A stretch of DNA of 64,000 nucleotides from positions 1,674,001 through 1,738,000 of the forward strand of contig CDROCS010000506.1 in the NCBI GenBank assembly GCA_977020255.1, written 5' to 3'. Under the pieces are notes generated by a model. It saw only the letters and a program-made list of their open reading frames with translations. It had not been told where the DNA came from and made no database searches. Below are positions 49,442-59,041 of this stretch, one piece after another (the first letter of the stretch is position 1; each line of letters starts with the position of its first letter). The translations under genes were made by a program, and so were the position numbers. This stretch comes from Obrimoposthia wandeli. Taxonomy: Eukaryota.

Positions 49442-51193
49442 ATGTCGCCATGGCATTTACAGGGCGGCGCCACCTTTACCATAGGTCAGCGCTCGGTCGA
49501 AGGGATCAAAGCCCAAAATGAAGATGCCATTGGTATTCGTATCCCTGATGATTTATTGCTGACAACGAAAGGTGCAGTGGCGATTATCGCCGATGGAGTA
49601 AGTGCGTCAGAGGCCGGTAAAGAGGCCAGTGAAACCTGCGTACATAATTTTTTATCTGATTATTACTCTACCCCTGAAACCTGGTCTGTCGGTAAATCTA
49701 CAGGTCAGGTGCTCACCGCATTAAACCGTTGGTTATATAGCCAAGGTCGACAGTTTGCCGATGCACAAAAAGGTTACTTAACCACGCTCAGTACCATTGT
49801 ATTTAAATCCCATTCTGCGCATTTATTGCATGTCGGTGATTCGCGTATTTATCGCTTACGCAACAACAGTCTTGAACAATTAACTCGTGACCACACCACT
49901 GTCGTGAATAATAAACAATCCTATCTCGCCAGAGCAATGGGCTTAGACGTGACCCTTGAGGTCGATTATAAAGAAGTGGAATTACAAGTTGGGGATGTAT
50001 TTTTACTGTCCACCGATGGCTTGCATGATTTCGTCAACGATAAACAGTTACGTGAAATATTACGTGACAGGCTGCAGCAAACTAATAATAGCGAAAATAG
50101 TGATTTTGAAGCTTGCTGTGAGCAATTAATCCAGCAAGCACTGACCAATAACAGTAATGATAATATCAGCTGCCAGTTATTGCGCATTGATAGTCTACCC
50201 AAGCAAAGCGCTGAAGATGTACATGTACACCTTGCTTCAATGCCTTTTCCGCCCGCACTGCGCAAGGGATTATCCATTGATGGCTTAAAAGTCATTAAAG
50301 AAATACACGCCAGCAGTAGCAGTCATCTGTATTTAGTCGAAGACAAAGAAACCAAACAGCAATACTGCATGAAAGCGCCTTCCGTCAATTATATTGATGA
50401 TCATGCCTATATCGAACGTTTCACCATGGAAACTTGGATTGGTACACGCTTAAACAATCCACATATATTAAAAATTGTCGAAACCAACAGGCAAAAAAGT
50501 AACCTTTATTACCTTATGGAAGTGATTGAGGGTATTACCTTAGAGCAGTGGATTAATCAGCACCCTAACCCGCCAGTGCAAGATGTATTAAATATCGTCG
50601 AGCAAGTAATTAAAGGGCTACGAGCATTTCACCGTAAGGAAACCCTGCATCAAGATTTGAAACCTGGCAATATTATGATCGATAATAACGGCCAAGTTAA
50701 GATTATTGATTTTGGTTCTTGTTTCGTCAAAGGTATTGCAGAAATTGCCACGCCACTACAGCGCGATAAGATCCTTGGCACAGCCTCCTACTCAGCCCCA
50801 GAGACGGTCATCAATGGTGACAGCACAGCACAATCAGATATCTTCGCGATGTCTGTGATCATCTTTGAAATGCTCACAGGTAAGCAGCCTTTTAACGGTA
50901 AACTAGCAACCTGCCGCACGCAAAAAGCCTATCTCAATACCAAGTATATTCCTGCTTATGAGCTTAACCCTTTAGTACCATTTTGGTTAGACGGCGCTAT
51001 AAAGAAAGGCTTACGTTTCGATCCCAGCAAGCGTCACGCCGATGTATCTGAACTCTTGCATGAGTTACAACACCCGAACCCTAAATATAAAAACAACCGC
51101 AAGCAGACCCTAGTTGAAAAAAACCCCGAACGTTTCTGGCAAGTTATCTCACTCTTACTACTATTGGCGCTGTGTATTTCGTTGTTTAGTTAA
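49442..51193 (+). CDS. Bifunctional PP2C phosphatase / Ser-Thr kinase with C-terminal TM helix
   Basis: PP2C: NEDA, IADGVS, HVGDSRIY, LSTDGLHD, NDNIS; kinase: MK, HQDLKPGN, IIDFG, GTASYSAPE, DIFAM; start placed at ATG 49442 behind AGGGAG. Confidence 0.92.
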   Translation: MSPWHLQGGATFTIGQRSVEGIKAQNEDAIGIRIPDDLLLTTKGAVAIIADGVSASEAGKEASETCVHNFLSDYYSTPETWSVGKSTGQVLTALNRWLYSQGRQFADAQKGYLTTLSTIVFKSHSAHLLHVGDSRIYRLRNNSLEQLTRDHTTVVNNKQSYLARAMGLDVTLEVDYKEVELQVGDVFLLSTDGLHDFVNDKQLREILRDRLQQTNNSENSDFEACCEQLIQQALTNNSNDNISCQLLRIDSLPKQSAEDVHVHLASMPFPPALRKGLSIDGLKVIKEIHASSSSHLYLVEDKETKQQYCMKAPSVNYIDDHAYIERFTMETWIGTRLNNPHILKIVETNRQKSNLYYLMEVIEGITLEQWINQHPNPPVQDVLNIVEQVIKGLRAFHRKETLHQDLKPGNIMIDNNGQVKIIDFGSCFVKGIAEIATPLQRDKILGTASYSAPETVINGDSTAQSDIFAMSVIIFEMLTGKQPFNGKLATCRTQKAYLNTKYIPAYELNPLVPFWLDGAIKKGLRFDPSKRHADVSELLHELQHPNPKYKNNRKQTLVEKNPERFWQVISLLLLLALCISLFS

Positions 51194-51230
51194 TTGTTTA
51201 GTTAATTGTTTAGTTCACTGTTTAGTTAAC
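51183..51230. repeat. Four tandem 12-bp units TGTTTAGTTMAY spanning the kinase stop codon
   Basis: Units start at 51183, 51195, 51207 and 51219. Confidence 0.85.
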
Positions 51231-51515
51231 AATCGTCAGCATAAATCAGACTCTGTATGTAAACATACGTAAAACACCTGCATATTCGCGTTTATTAAAT
51301 AAAAGCGTAATTTATACAAGGTATGATATTGTCTTATATCGTTTATTAAATAAAGCTCACAGGTTTTTAGCAACTATAATTAAACCTCACACCTCAGTAG
51401 TACGACAGGAGCCCCTTACCAATGAATAATGTGTTAACACTCATTATAAAAACTACCACGCCAGCATTACACACCCTATTCCCTCACAATCAATATTCAC
51501 GAATAGGAAAAAACT

Positions 51516-52124
51516 ATGATTGATTACATATCGGTATTTATATTTTTCTTTGCAGTAATAGATCCCGTGGGCACTGTCCCCGTATTTATCGCCGCAACCA
51601 GTCAGTTTGATGAAAAAGAAAAACGTAAAATAGCGCTACAAGCAGCCGGTGCTGCGGCACTTATTTTGCTGTTTTTTATTGTTGCTGGAGAGCTAATCTT
51701 AACGGCGATAGATATTCCGCTACCGGCATTTGAAATTGCGGGCGGCATTATATTGTTTTTGTTTGCGCTAACTATGATATTTGGTGATAGCAAACCTGAT
51801 ACCGAAATGCAGATGGTCAAAGACAGTACTGAGACGGCCATTTTCCCATTGGCAGTGCCTTCACTCGCTAGCCCAGGGGCAATGCTAGCAGCTGTACTAC
51901 TCACTGAAAACTCGAGTTTCAGTCTGTTCCAGCAAGTGCAAACCGCAGGCGTGATGCTGTCGGTGCTATTTATCGCGTTTATCTTGATGTTAGCAGCGAG
52001 TTGGATCCATCGCTTTATTGGTAACAGCGGCGCGAGTATTATCAGTAAAGTAATGGGGATGATCTTAGCCAGCGTAGCAACAAATAGCGTATTGTCAGGT
52101 ATTAAGGTGTATTTCTTACTTTAA
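51516..52124 (+). CDS. MarC family membrane protein
   Basis: FAVIDPVGTVPVF, FEIAGGIILF, AIFPLAVP.LA.PGA, KVMGMILA. Confidence 0.93.
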   Translation: MIDYISVFIFFFAVIDPVGTVPVFIAATSQFDEKEKRKIALQAAGAAALILLFFIVAGELILTAIDIPLPAFEIAGGIILFLFALTMIFGDSKPDTEMQMVKDSTETAIFPLAVPSLASPGAMLAAVLLTENSSFSLFQQVQTAGVMLSVLFIAFILMLAASWIHRFIGNSGASIISKVMGMILASVATNSVLSGIKVYFLL

Positions 52125-52133
52125 TTTCAGACA

Positions 52134-52165
52134 CAAAAAAGCCCTATACCGTTAGATATAGGGCT
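52134..52165. terminator. Terminator between marC and trpS
   Basis: A-tract, AGCCCTATA...TATAGGGCT. Confidence 0.65.
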
Positions 52166-52196
52166 CTAATTATTCGTCTATTACTGCAGTAATAAA

Positions 52197-53198
52197 CTAT
52201 TTATTCGAGATAAAACCAACTGCTTCATAGGCTTTCGCTAATGTCGGTGCAGCGCGCTCAGAAGCTTTCTCAGCGCCGATACGCATAATGCGGTTCAGTT
52301 CTGTCTCATCTGCACGTAACTCGTGGTAACGCGCTTGAATAGGCTCAATCATAGCCACGACTGCGTCTGCTGTATCACCTTTCAGGTGGCCATACATTTT
52401 ATCTTCGTATTCAGGCACAAGATCAGCAACTGGACGTTTAGTCGCAACAGAAAGCAATGTCAGTAAGTTAGATACACCCGGCTTTTCTTTGTTATCAAAG
52501 TAAATACGTGCTTTTTCATCACTGTCTGTTACTGCACTTTTCAGTTTCTTAGCAATCTGCTTTGGCGGATCTAATAATTTGATGAACGCTTTTGGATTGT
52601 CGTCTGACTTAGACATTTTCTTCAGCGGATCTTGCAAGCTCATAATACGCGCGCCCAGTGTTGGGATCATCGGTTCTGGCACTTTAAATACATCACCATA
52701 GAGATTATTAAAACGCGTCGCGATAGTACGTGCTAATTCTAAATGCTGCTTTTGATCATCGCCTACTGGCACTGCATCGGCTTGATAAAGCAAAATGTCT
52801 GCTGCCATCAATACTGGGTAAGTATATAAACCTGAATTACTGCTGCTTGAGTTATTCGATTTATCTTTAAACTGCGTCATACGGTTTAGTTCACCCATCT
52901 GCGTATAGCAGTTAAGTAACCAACTCAATTGAGCATGTTCAGGCACTTGAGATTGTAAAAAGATAGTCGACTTTTCAGGGTTTAAACCACATGCAACATA
53001 CATTGCTAGGCCTTCAAGCACTTGTGATTTGAACTCTTTCGGGTCTTGACGTACCGTGATGGTATGTAAGTCCGCAAGCATGAAATGACAGTCGCTGTGT
53101 TCCTGCATGTCCAGCCATTGGTTGATTGCACCAATATAGTTACCAATCGTCATACTACCAGAAGGCTGAATACCACTTAATACCACAGGTTTTGTCAT
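52197..53198 (-). CDS. trpS: Tryptophan--tRNA ligase
   Basis: [38 protein letters not shown]; start placed at 53198. Confidence 0.98.
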   Translation of the reverse strand: MTKPVVLSGIQPSGSMTIGNYIGAINQWLDMQEHSDCHFMLADLHTITVRQDPKEFKSQVLEGLAMYVACGLNPEKSTIFLQSQVPEHAQLSWLLNCYTQMGELNRMTQFKDKSNNSSSSNSGLYTYPVLMAADILLYQADAVPVGDDQKQHLELARTIATRFNNLYGDVFKVPEPMIPTLGARIMSLQDPLKKMSKSDDNPKAFIKLLDPPKQIAKKLKSAVTDSDEKARIYFDNKEKPGVSNLLTLLSVATKRPVADLVPEYEDKMYGHLKGDTADAVVAMIEPIQARYHELRADETELNRIMRIGAEKASERAAPTLAKAYEAVGFISNK

Positions 53199-53320
53199 AA
53201 ATATATTTCCCAATCTCTTAATTTTTCAATTGTGGGTAAGCGCATAGGTCTACCCAATCATGTTTATTTCGTTACGTTTGATGTCATTACACAAGGTAAA
53301 TCGATTACATCAACTTACGG

Positions 53321-53992
53321 TTATTTCAGTTTAACTGCAGAGAGTAATTCACTGATATCATCGGCAACAAAATCAGGATTACTGTCGCTAATTGGAATAC
53401 CGTAGTTGTAACCATAAGTTAAACCAAAGCTAGTAAAGTTCGCCGCTTGTGCTGCAATAATATCATTTTTAGAATCACCAACCATCAACGCATCTGCTGG
53501 CGTTAATTTATAATGTGCTAAACAATGTAATAACGGTAATGGATTAGGTTTTTTCTCAGCCAGAGAATCGCCACCCAATACCACTTCAAAGAACTCACTA
53601 ATACCCGATAATTCAAGTACTGGTGTAGTCTGAATCATAGGTTTGTTGGTAACGATTGCCAGTTTGAAACCAGCATCGCGTAATGCTGTTAAAGTTTCTT
53701 TCACATTTGGGTACAACACGCTGTGTGTGTAAACATTTGCAGAATAGTGCTTTAAGAATGACGCCAGTGCATCATTAAACAATGCAGGGTCAATATCATC
53801 GGCAATATTGACACTGCCAGATAATGCACGTTGTACTAATACTTGAGCGCCATTGCCAACCCAACCACGTACTTCATCTTCAGAAAAATGAGCACGGTCA
53901 AAATCACTCAGCATACAATTAACTGCTGCGGCTAAATCAGGTACGCTATCAACAAGGGTACCGTCTAAATCAAAACAAATAAGCTTAAACAT
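53321..53992 (-). CDS. gph: Phosphoglycolate phosphatase
   Basis: HAD motifs [23 protein letters not shown]. Confidence 0.95.
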   Translation of the reverse strand: MFKLICFDLDGTLVDSVPDLAAAVNCMLSDFDRAHFSEDEVRGWVGNGAQVLVQRALSGSVNIADDIDPALFNDALASFLKHYSANVYTHSVLYPNVKETLTALRDAGFKLAIVTNKPMIQTTPVLELSGISEFFEVVLGGDSLAEKKPNPLPLLHCLAHYKLTPADALMVGDSKNDIIAAQAANFTSFGLTYGYNYGIPISDSNPDFVADDISELLSAVKLK

Positions 53993-54659
53993 TGGCTTTT
54001 TCTAACTCCGAACGCATTTCATCAATGACTTTTTTATAGTCTGCTTGGCCGTAAATCGCAGAGCCCGCAACAAACATGTCAGCGCCCGCTTCTGCAATTT
54101 CACGAATATTATCTACTTTAACGCCACCATCAATTTCGAGAATAATGTCGCGACCACTGGCATCAATTAATTTTCGTACATCGCGTAATTTTTGTAATGT
54201 TGAAGGAATAAAACTTTGACCACCAAAACCAGGGTTAACTGACATCAACAAGATCATATCTAACTTATCCATCACATAATCTAAGTGATGCAGCGGTGTT
54301 GCTGGGTTAAATACCAGGCCTGCTTTTAAACCGTGTTCTTTGATAAGTTGCAAAGAGCGGTCGACATGATCAGATGCTTCTGCATGAAAAGTGATCATGG
54401 TTGCGCCCGCTTTGGCAAATTCATTAATCATGTGGTCAACAGGACGCACCATTAAATGCACATCAATAGGCGCGGTAACACCGTGATCACGTAACGCTTT
54501 ACAGATCATTGGACCGATAGTGAGGTTTGGCACATAGTGGTTATCCATCACGTCAAAATGGATGACGTCTGCACCAGCGGCCAGTACTGCATCGACTTCT
54601 TGGCCTAAGTTAGCAAAATTTGCCGATAAAATAGAAGGGGCAATCAGAAAGTTTTTCAT
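53985..54659 (-). CDS. rpe: Ribulose-phosphate 3-epimerase
   Basis: [44 protein letters not shown]. Confidence 0.98.
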   Translation of the reverse strand: MKNFLIAPSILSANFANLGQEVDAVLAAGADVIHFDVMDNHYVPNLTIGPMICKALRDHGVTAPIDVHLMVRPVDHMINEFAKAGATMITFHAEASDHVDRSLQLIKEHGLKAGLVFNPATPLHHLDYVMDKLDMILLMSVNPGFGGQSFIPSTLQKLRDVRKLIDASGRDIILEIDGGVKVDNIREIAEAGADMFVAGSAIYGQADYKKVIDEMRSELEKANV

Positions 54660-54805
54660 TTGGCATGCTCTCAGTTGTTGTTATTCCATTACTCTGCGTA
54701 AATCTTACCCTAAGTTAGCCCCTAGGGTAAAATAATAAAACCAGATTAATACTGACAACTGAGGATTGAGCGAAGTATATAGACAGATTTTTGTAAATAG
54801 TGCGC

Positions 54806-55618
54806 TTAACAATAAAGTGCGAGTAGCTCGTCAACTTTGTTACGTTTACCAGCATTGCGGCTAATTGTACGTTTTACCTGTACCACTTCAAATGTAGAGC
54901 CATGATAAAGTTCACGTGTTAACGGAATATCATGATTCGAAATCAATACCGGAATGTTTCGCTGTTGTGAGGTTTCTCGTGACACTTTAGCCAATAAAGC
55001 CTGATCATCAAGACTAAAACCGTTCGCCGCATACGAGGTAAAACTGGCAGTCGTGCTTAATGGTGCATACGGAGGATCACAATAAACCACATCATCGCTG
55101 TTTAAACGCTCATAAACATCTGAATATGACTCACAAATAAACGTCGCTTTTTTAGATTTTTCAGCAAAGAAGCGTAACTCTTTCAAAGGGAAATACGGTT
55201 TTTTGTAAGAACCAAAAGGCACATTAAAGCCGCCTGATTTGTTATAACGGCATAAACCATTAAAACCATGACGATTCATATACAAGAACATCAATGATCG
55301 CTGATAAGGATTAGTGGTTTTGTTAAATTTTTCACGAATTTTATAATAACGTTCTTTATCATTAAATTCAGGGGTAAAGAAACGCTGCGCATCGGCAATA
55401 AACTGTTCAGGCTTTTGCTGCAGGATCTTATACATATTAATCAAATCAGGATTAATATCATTTAACAGGTATTCGTCATAGTCAGTATTTAAAAATACTG
55501 ACGCAGCACCCACAAACGGTTCAACTAAACGCTTACCTTTTGGTAATTTTTCACGTAGATGATCAACCAGAGAATACTTACCTCCGGCCCACTTTAAGAA
55601 GGCTCGCGTTTTCTGCAT
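54806..55618 (-). CDS. dam: DNA adenine methylase Dam
   Basis: FLKWAGGK, EPFVG, DIN, NRHGFNGLCRYN, YCDPPY. Confidence 0.97.
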   Translation of the reverse strand: MQKTRAFLKWAGGKYSLVDHLREKLPKGKRLVEPFVGAASVFLNTDYDEYLLNDINPDLINMYKILQQKPEQFIADAQRFFTPEFNDKERYYKIREKFNKTTNPYQRSLMFLYMNRHGFNGLCRYNKSGGFNVPFGSYKKPYFPLKELRFFAEKSKKATFICESYSDVYERLNSDDVVYCDPPYAPLSTTASFTSYAANGFSLDDQALLAKVSRETSQQRNIPVLISNHDIPLTRELYHGSTFEVVQVKRTISRNAGKRNKVDELLALYC

Positions 55619-55687
55619 TTGTGACTTATACCGCTAAATAAAAGGGGGCCGATTGTACATGGATTACAGCTAAATTGCGCTGTTTTT

Positions 55688-57214
55688 TTATAAATCTCTT
55701 TGTATCTGGTTGAATCGCTTTAACCATGGTTTATCTTTTTGTACCGTCGCTGGTAATTTGAGCTTTGCTGCATTCGCCTGTTCAACACTGCTAAAACTAC
55801 CGTAAAGAACGACATACCAAGGTTTACTATTTCGCAGCGTTTCATAGGTCCAGATATTTTCAGGTAATTCATTCTCGTTTAAATACTGTTTTAGCTGTGT
55901 TTCACGGCTTAAACCAGCAATCTGAAACGTATAATTTTTCGCCGGTTGTGCCATCACCCAATCTTTACCAGCGATTAATGTTGGCGTACTTGCCACAGAT
56001 TTAATGACGTCATTATTAACCTCATTGATATCAGCTTTGCTATCTACTACAACACTTGAGCTTGCTTTATTTTGCTTCGCTAGCATCTTATTAACCGCAG
56101 CATCATCAATCACTACGCGCTGTTTCTGAGTCGTCACCGTCGACTTTTCAACATCAGGAGTGGTGAGAGTAATAGTTTGACCGATTTCAGTCGGCATCTC
56201 TTCATCCCAATCACTGGCAAAAATTTGCGGAGAACTCATATCGGTCGCATCACTGCTAGTATTGGCATTACTATCGGTATCTCCAGCATCAATAGCGGCA
56301 CGATTGCTCTCTATGTCGCTATCAGCCATCGCCACATCGGTTAAATCATCCTGCAGCAAACCATCGCTCATATTATCAGCCGCTTGCTGTTGCTCTGTCT
56401 GATAGGCGTCATATAAAAATGAGCCAGCACTACCAAGTATTAATAGCCCAGCAATAATACCGGCTAAATAGAAGGATTTATTCACTTTCTTCGTTGATTT
56501 ACTTGTCACAATAGTCGCTGCTGAATCAGTGTTATATATCTGGCCCTGCATAATCGCCTGCGCACATTTCGTTAACTCACCGGGATTGCCCCGACAAGCT
56601 TCAATTTGACGGTTAATCGCGTCCTGATTGACGAATGTAGGCTTATAACCTGCGTTATCAAACTGTTGTTGTACAAATTTTATAGCGGCTTGTGGATCGA
56701 GTTCGGTCATTTCCAACTCCAACACATTGGTTGCTGATTTTGCAAACTGCAGCATGGTTATATCAACCCACTTACTTTCTGCAAATAAAATGATATTTAC
56801 TTTAATACTAATTCTATTATTAAGGCTTAACTCAACGAGTTGTGCAAATTCAGCAACGCTAGCTGCCGACAATGCCATCGCATTATCAATACAGACCATC
56901 AACTCATATTCGAGTTCCTGAGCAAACAGCGGTAAGCTATCCACCAGTGGGATGTGGGCATTAAAACGACCATCATAACTAATCTGTTGTAATAATAACG
57001 TTCGCAATGCCGCATCATCATGACACTGTTGTGCATCAATAGTAATGGTTTTCTGATTAAAATCTGATTCTACATAATGCCGTAATACAGTTGATTTACC
57101 TGAACCTGATTCACCGCTTACGAGTAATAAATGTGAAGAGAACTGTGTGAGATGACGCAGCCGTTCACTCAGCTGCGTTTGAGAATATATTTCAGTTTGA
57201 ACTGAATAGTGCAC
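55688..57214 (-). CDS. damX: DamX-like protein: AAA-type N-domain, TM helix, acidic linker, SPOR domain
   Basis: [11 protein letters not shown] segment, YTFQIAG...WYVVLYGSF...PWLK; position between aroB and dam. Confidence 0.8.
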   Translation of the reverse strand: MHYSVQTEIYSQTQLSERLRHLTQFSSHLLLVSGESGSGKSTVLRHYVESDFNQKTITIDAQQCHDDAALRTLLLQQISYDGRFNAHIPLVDSLPLFAQELEYELMVCIDNAMALSAASVAEFAQLVELSLNNRISIKVNIILFAESKWVDITMLQFAKSATNVLELEMTELDPQAAIKFVQQQFDNAGYKPTFVNQDAINRQIEACRGNPGELTKCAQAIMQGQIYNTDSAATIVTSKSTKKVNKSFYLAGIIAGLLILGSAGSFLYDAYQTEQQQAADNMSDGLLQDDLTDVAMADSDIESNRAAIDAGDTDSNANTSSDATDMSSPQIFASDWDEEMPTEIGQTITLTTPDVEKSTVTTQKQRVVIDDAAVNKMLAKQNKASSSVVVDSKADINEVNNDVIKSVASTPTLIAGKDWVMAQPAKNYTFQIAGLSRETQLKQYLNENELPENIWTYETLRNSKPWYVVLYGSFSSVEQANAAKLKLPATVQKDKPWLKRFNQIQRDL

Positions 57215-58301
57215 TAGAGTCCGCCTGATTATGGAAGTTCACCACATCACGTAATGTGTTTTCAGTTACTGTCGATAACACTTCAGCACTACCAATAGAA
57301 GTAGGTAGGATGAAACGTAATTGACCATTAAGTACTTTTTTGTCACGCTTCATGTGCTGCATGAACGCATCAAAGTCCATTTCTGCAGGTGCCAGTAACG
57401 GTAATTCCGCCGCTCTAATAAGCGCCGCGATACGGGTTACTTGCGCTGCAGTCAATAATCCCATTGCTGCCGATGTCTGTGCTGCCATAATCATACCCGC
57501 TGAAACCGCTTCACCGTGCAACCAAACGCCATAACCCATCTCAGCTTCAATAGCATGACCATAGGTGTGACCAAGGTTTAATAGCGCACGTAAGCCATGT
57601 TCTTTTTCATCGATAGCAACAATTTCAGCTTTAATTTCACAACAGCGATAAATTGCATACTCTAATGCAGTCGTATCAAGCGCCATCAGCGCTGTCATGT
57701 TGTCTTCTAGCCAAGTAAAAAAGTCTGCATCATAAATAATACCGTACTTAATCACTTCAGCCATACCAGCCGCCAGTTCGCGTCGAGGTAAGGTAGCTAA
57801 ACAAACCGTATCAATAAAAACAGCATTGGGCTGATAAAAAGCGCCAATCATGTTTTTACCTAATGGATGGTTAACTGCCGTTTTACCGCCAACCGAGGAA
57901 TCAACTTGACTCAACACAGTCGTCGGGATTTGGATAAAGGGGATACCGCGTTGGTAACAGGCGGCTGCAAAGCCAACCATGTCACCAATAACACCACCAC
58001 CGAGAGCAATCAACGTGGTATCACGTCCACAATTCTCACGCAGTAGCGCGGTAAATATTTCATTTAAAGTATCTAAGGTTTTAAATTGCTCACCGTCAGA
58101 AAGAATAATACTGTCAAATTCATAGTCATGTAACAATGCTTGAACGCGTTGTAAATACAACGGTGCAACCGTATCGTTGGATATCACGACGACTTTATTG
58201 GTGGTTATTGCAGACTTAAATTGCTCTGCTTGCGCTAATACGCCTTCACCAATATAAATAGGGTAGCTCCGCTCACCCAGTTCAACAGTTAACCTTTCCA
58301 T
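57192..58301 (-). CDS. aroB: 3-dehydroquinate synthase
   Basis: [41 protein letters not shown]. Confidence 0.98.
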   Translation of the reverse strand: MERLTVELGERSYPIYIGEGVLAQAEQFKSAITTNKVVVISNDTVAPLYLQRVQALLHDYEFDSIILSDGEQFKTLDTLNEIFTALLRENCGRDTTLIALGGGVIGDMVGFAAACYQRGIPFIQIPTTVLSQVDSSVGGKTAVNHPLGKNMIGAFYQPNAVFIDTVCLATLPRRELAAGMAEVIKYGIIYDADFFTWLEDNMTALMALDTTALEYAIYRCCEIKAEIVAIDEKEHGLRALLNLGHTYGHAIEAEMGYGVWLHGEAVSAGMIMAAQTSAAMGLLTAAQVTRIAALIRAAELPLLAPAEMDFDAFMQHMKRDKKVLNGQLRFILPTSIGSAEVLSTVTENTLRDVVNFHNQADSSALFSSN

Positions 58302-58311
58302 GTGACCTCAA

Positions 58312-58827
58312 TTAAAAATCCAATAACTTTATGATCTGATTCGCAACAATTTTAGCGCTTTGCTCATCTGTTTTAACTGTAAAATCAGCAATCTCTTCAT
58401 ACAAAGGATTACGAGAATCAGCTAATGTTTCCAGAACATCACGTGGTTCTTCAGTTTGTAGTAAAGGACGACGCTTATCGCGTGACGTTCTTACCAACTG
58501 CTTATCAATAGTTGTTTCTAAATAAACAACTACGCCACGAGCAGAAAGGTAATTACGACTTTCTTTACTTAAAATTGAGCCACCGCCCGTTGCTAACACA
58601 ATACCTTGCTCTTGTGTTAGATCGTCAATAACTTCCGCCTCACGAACTCTAAAACCAGCTTCACCTTCAACATCGAATACCCAAGAAATGTCTGCGCCAG
58701 TACGACGTTCAATCTCATGGTCCGAATCGATAAAGTCTAAATGCAACTGGCTAGCTAGTTGACGACCAATTGTACTTTTACCTGCGCCCATTGGGCCTAT
58801 TAGGAATATATTACGTTTTTCAGCCAT
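58312..58827 (-). CDS. aroK: Shikimate kinase I
   Basis: [31 protein letters not shown]. Confidence 0.98.
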   Translation of the reverse strand: MAEKRNIFLIGPMGAGKSTIGRQLASQLHLDFIDSDHEIERRTGADISWVFDVEGEAGFRVREAEVIDDLTQEQGIVLATGGGSILSKESRNYLSARGVVVYLETTIDKQLVRTSRDKRRPLLQTEEPRDVLETLADSRNPLYEEIADFTVKTDEQSAKIVANQIIKLLDF

Positions 58828-59005
58828 TTTAACTCTTCAATAAATCTAAAGTAATAACACCCTTTTTCTTAGGGGCACCAGACCTACCTATAAAATGTCC
58901 TCTTGATTATTACAATCAGTGATGAGACATTTTGGCAATAGCCAAAATCAGCAACACCCGGTAAAAAAACCAGGTGATGACATTTCAGGCAGAAAAAGAC
59001 CGCTA

Positions 59006-59034
59006 TTTATATAGTTTTTACGGCCTTTTGTCAA
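59006..59034 (-). promoter_or_regulatory. Near-consensus sigma70 promoter upstream of aroK
   Basis: Minus strand TTGACA-17-TATAAA, immediately after the pilQ stop. Confidence 0.75.
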
Positions 59035-59041
59035 AGGTAGG

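Noticed and set aside
46425-53198. nirBD near trpS-gph-rpe-dam, as in E. coli
   Set aside because: Different regulation and partners (no nirC, no full cysG); cannot tell from coincidence without synteny data
54670-54763. CTCAGTTGT/ACAACTGAG long-range stem that might sequester the rpe RBS
   Set aside because: A promoter-like TAAGAT lies between the arms, so the 5' arm may not be transcribed; a 9-bp match across 75 nt is weak evidence
54806-55618. dam as part of a restriction-modification or defence system
   Set aside because: Orphan housekeeping Dam in its canonical aroK-aroB-damX-dam-rpe-gph-trpS context
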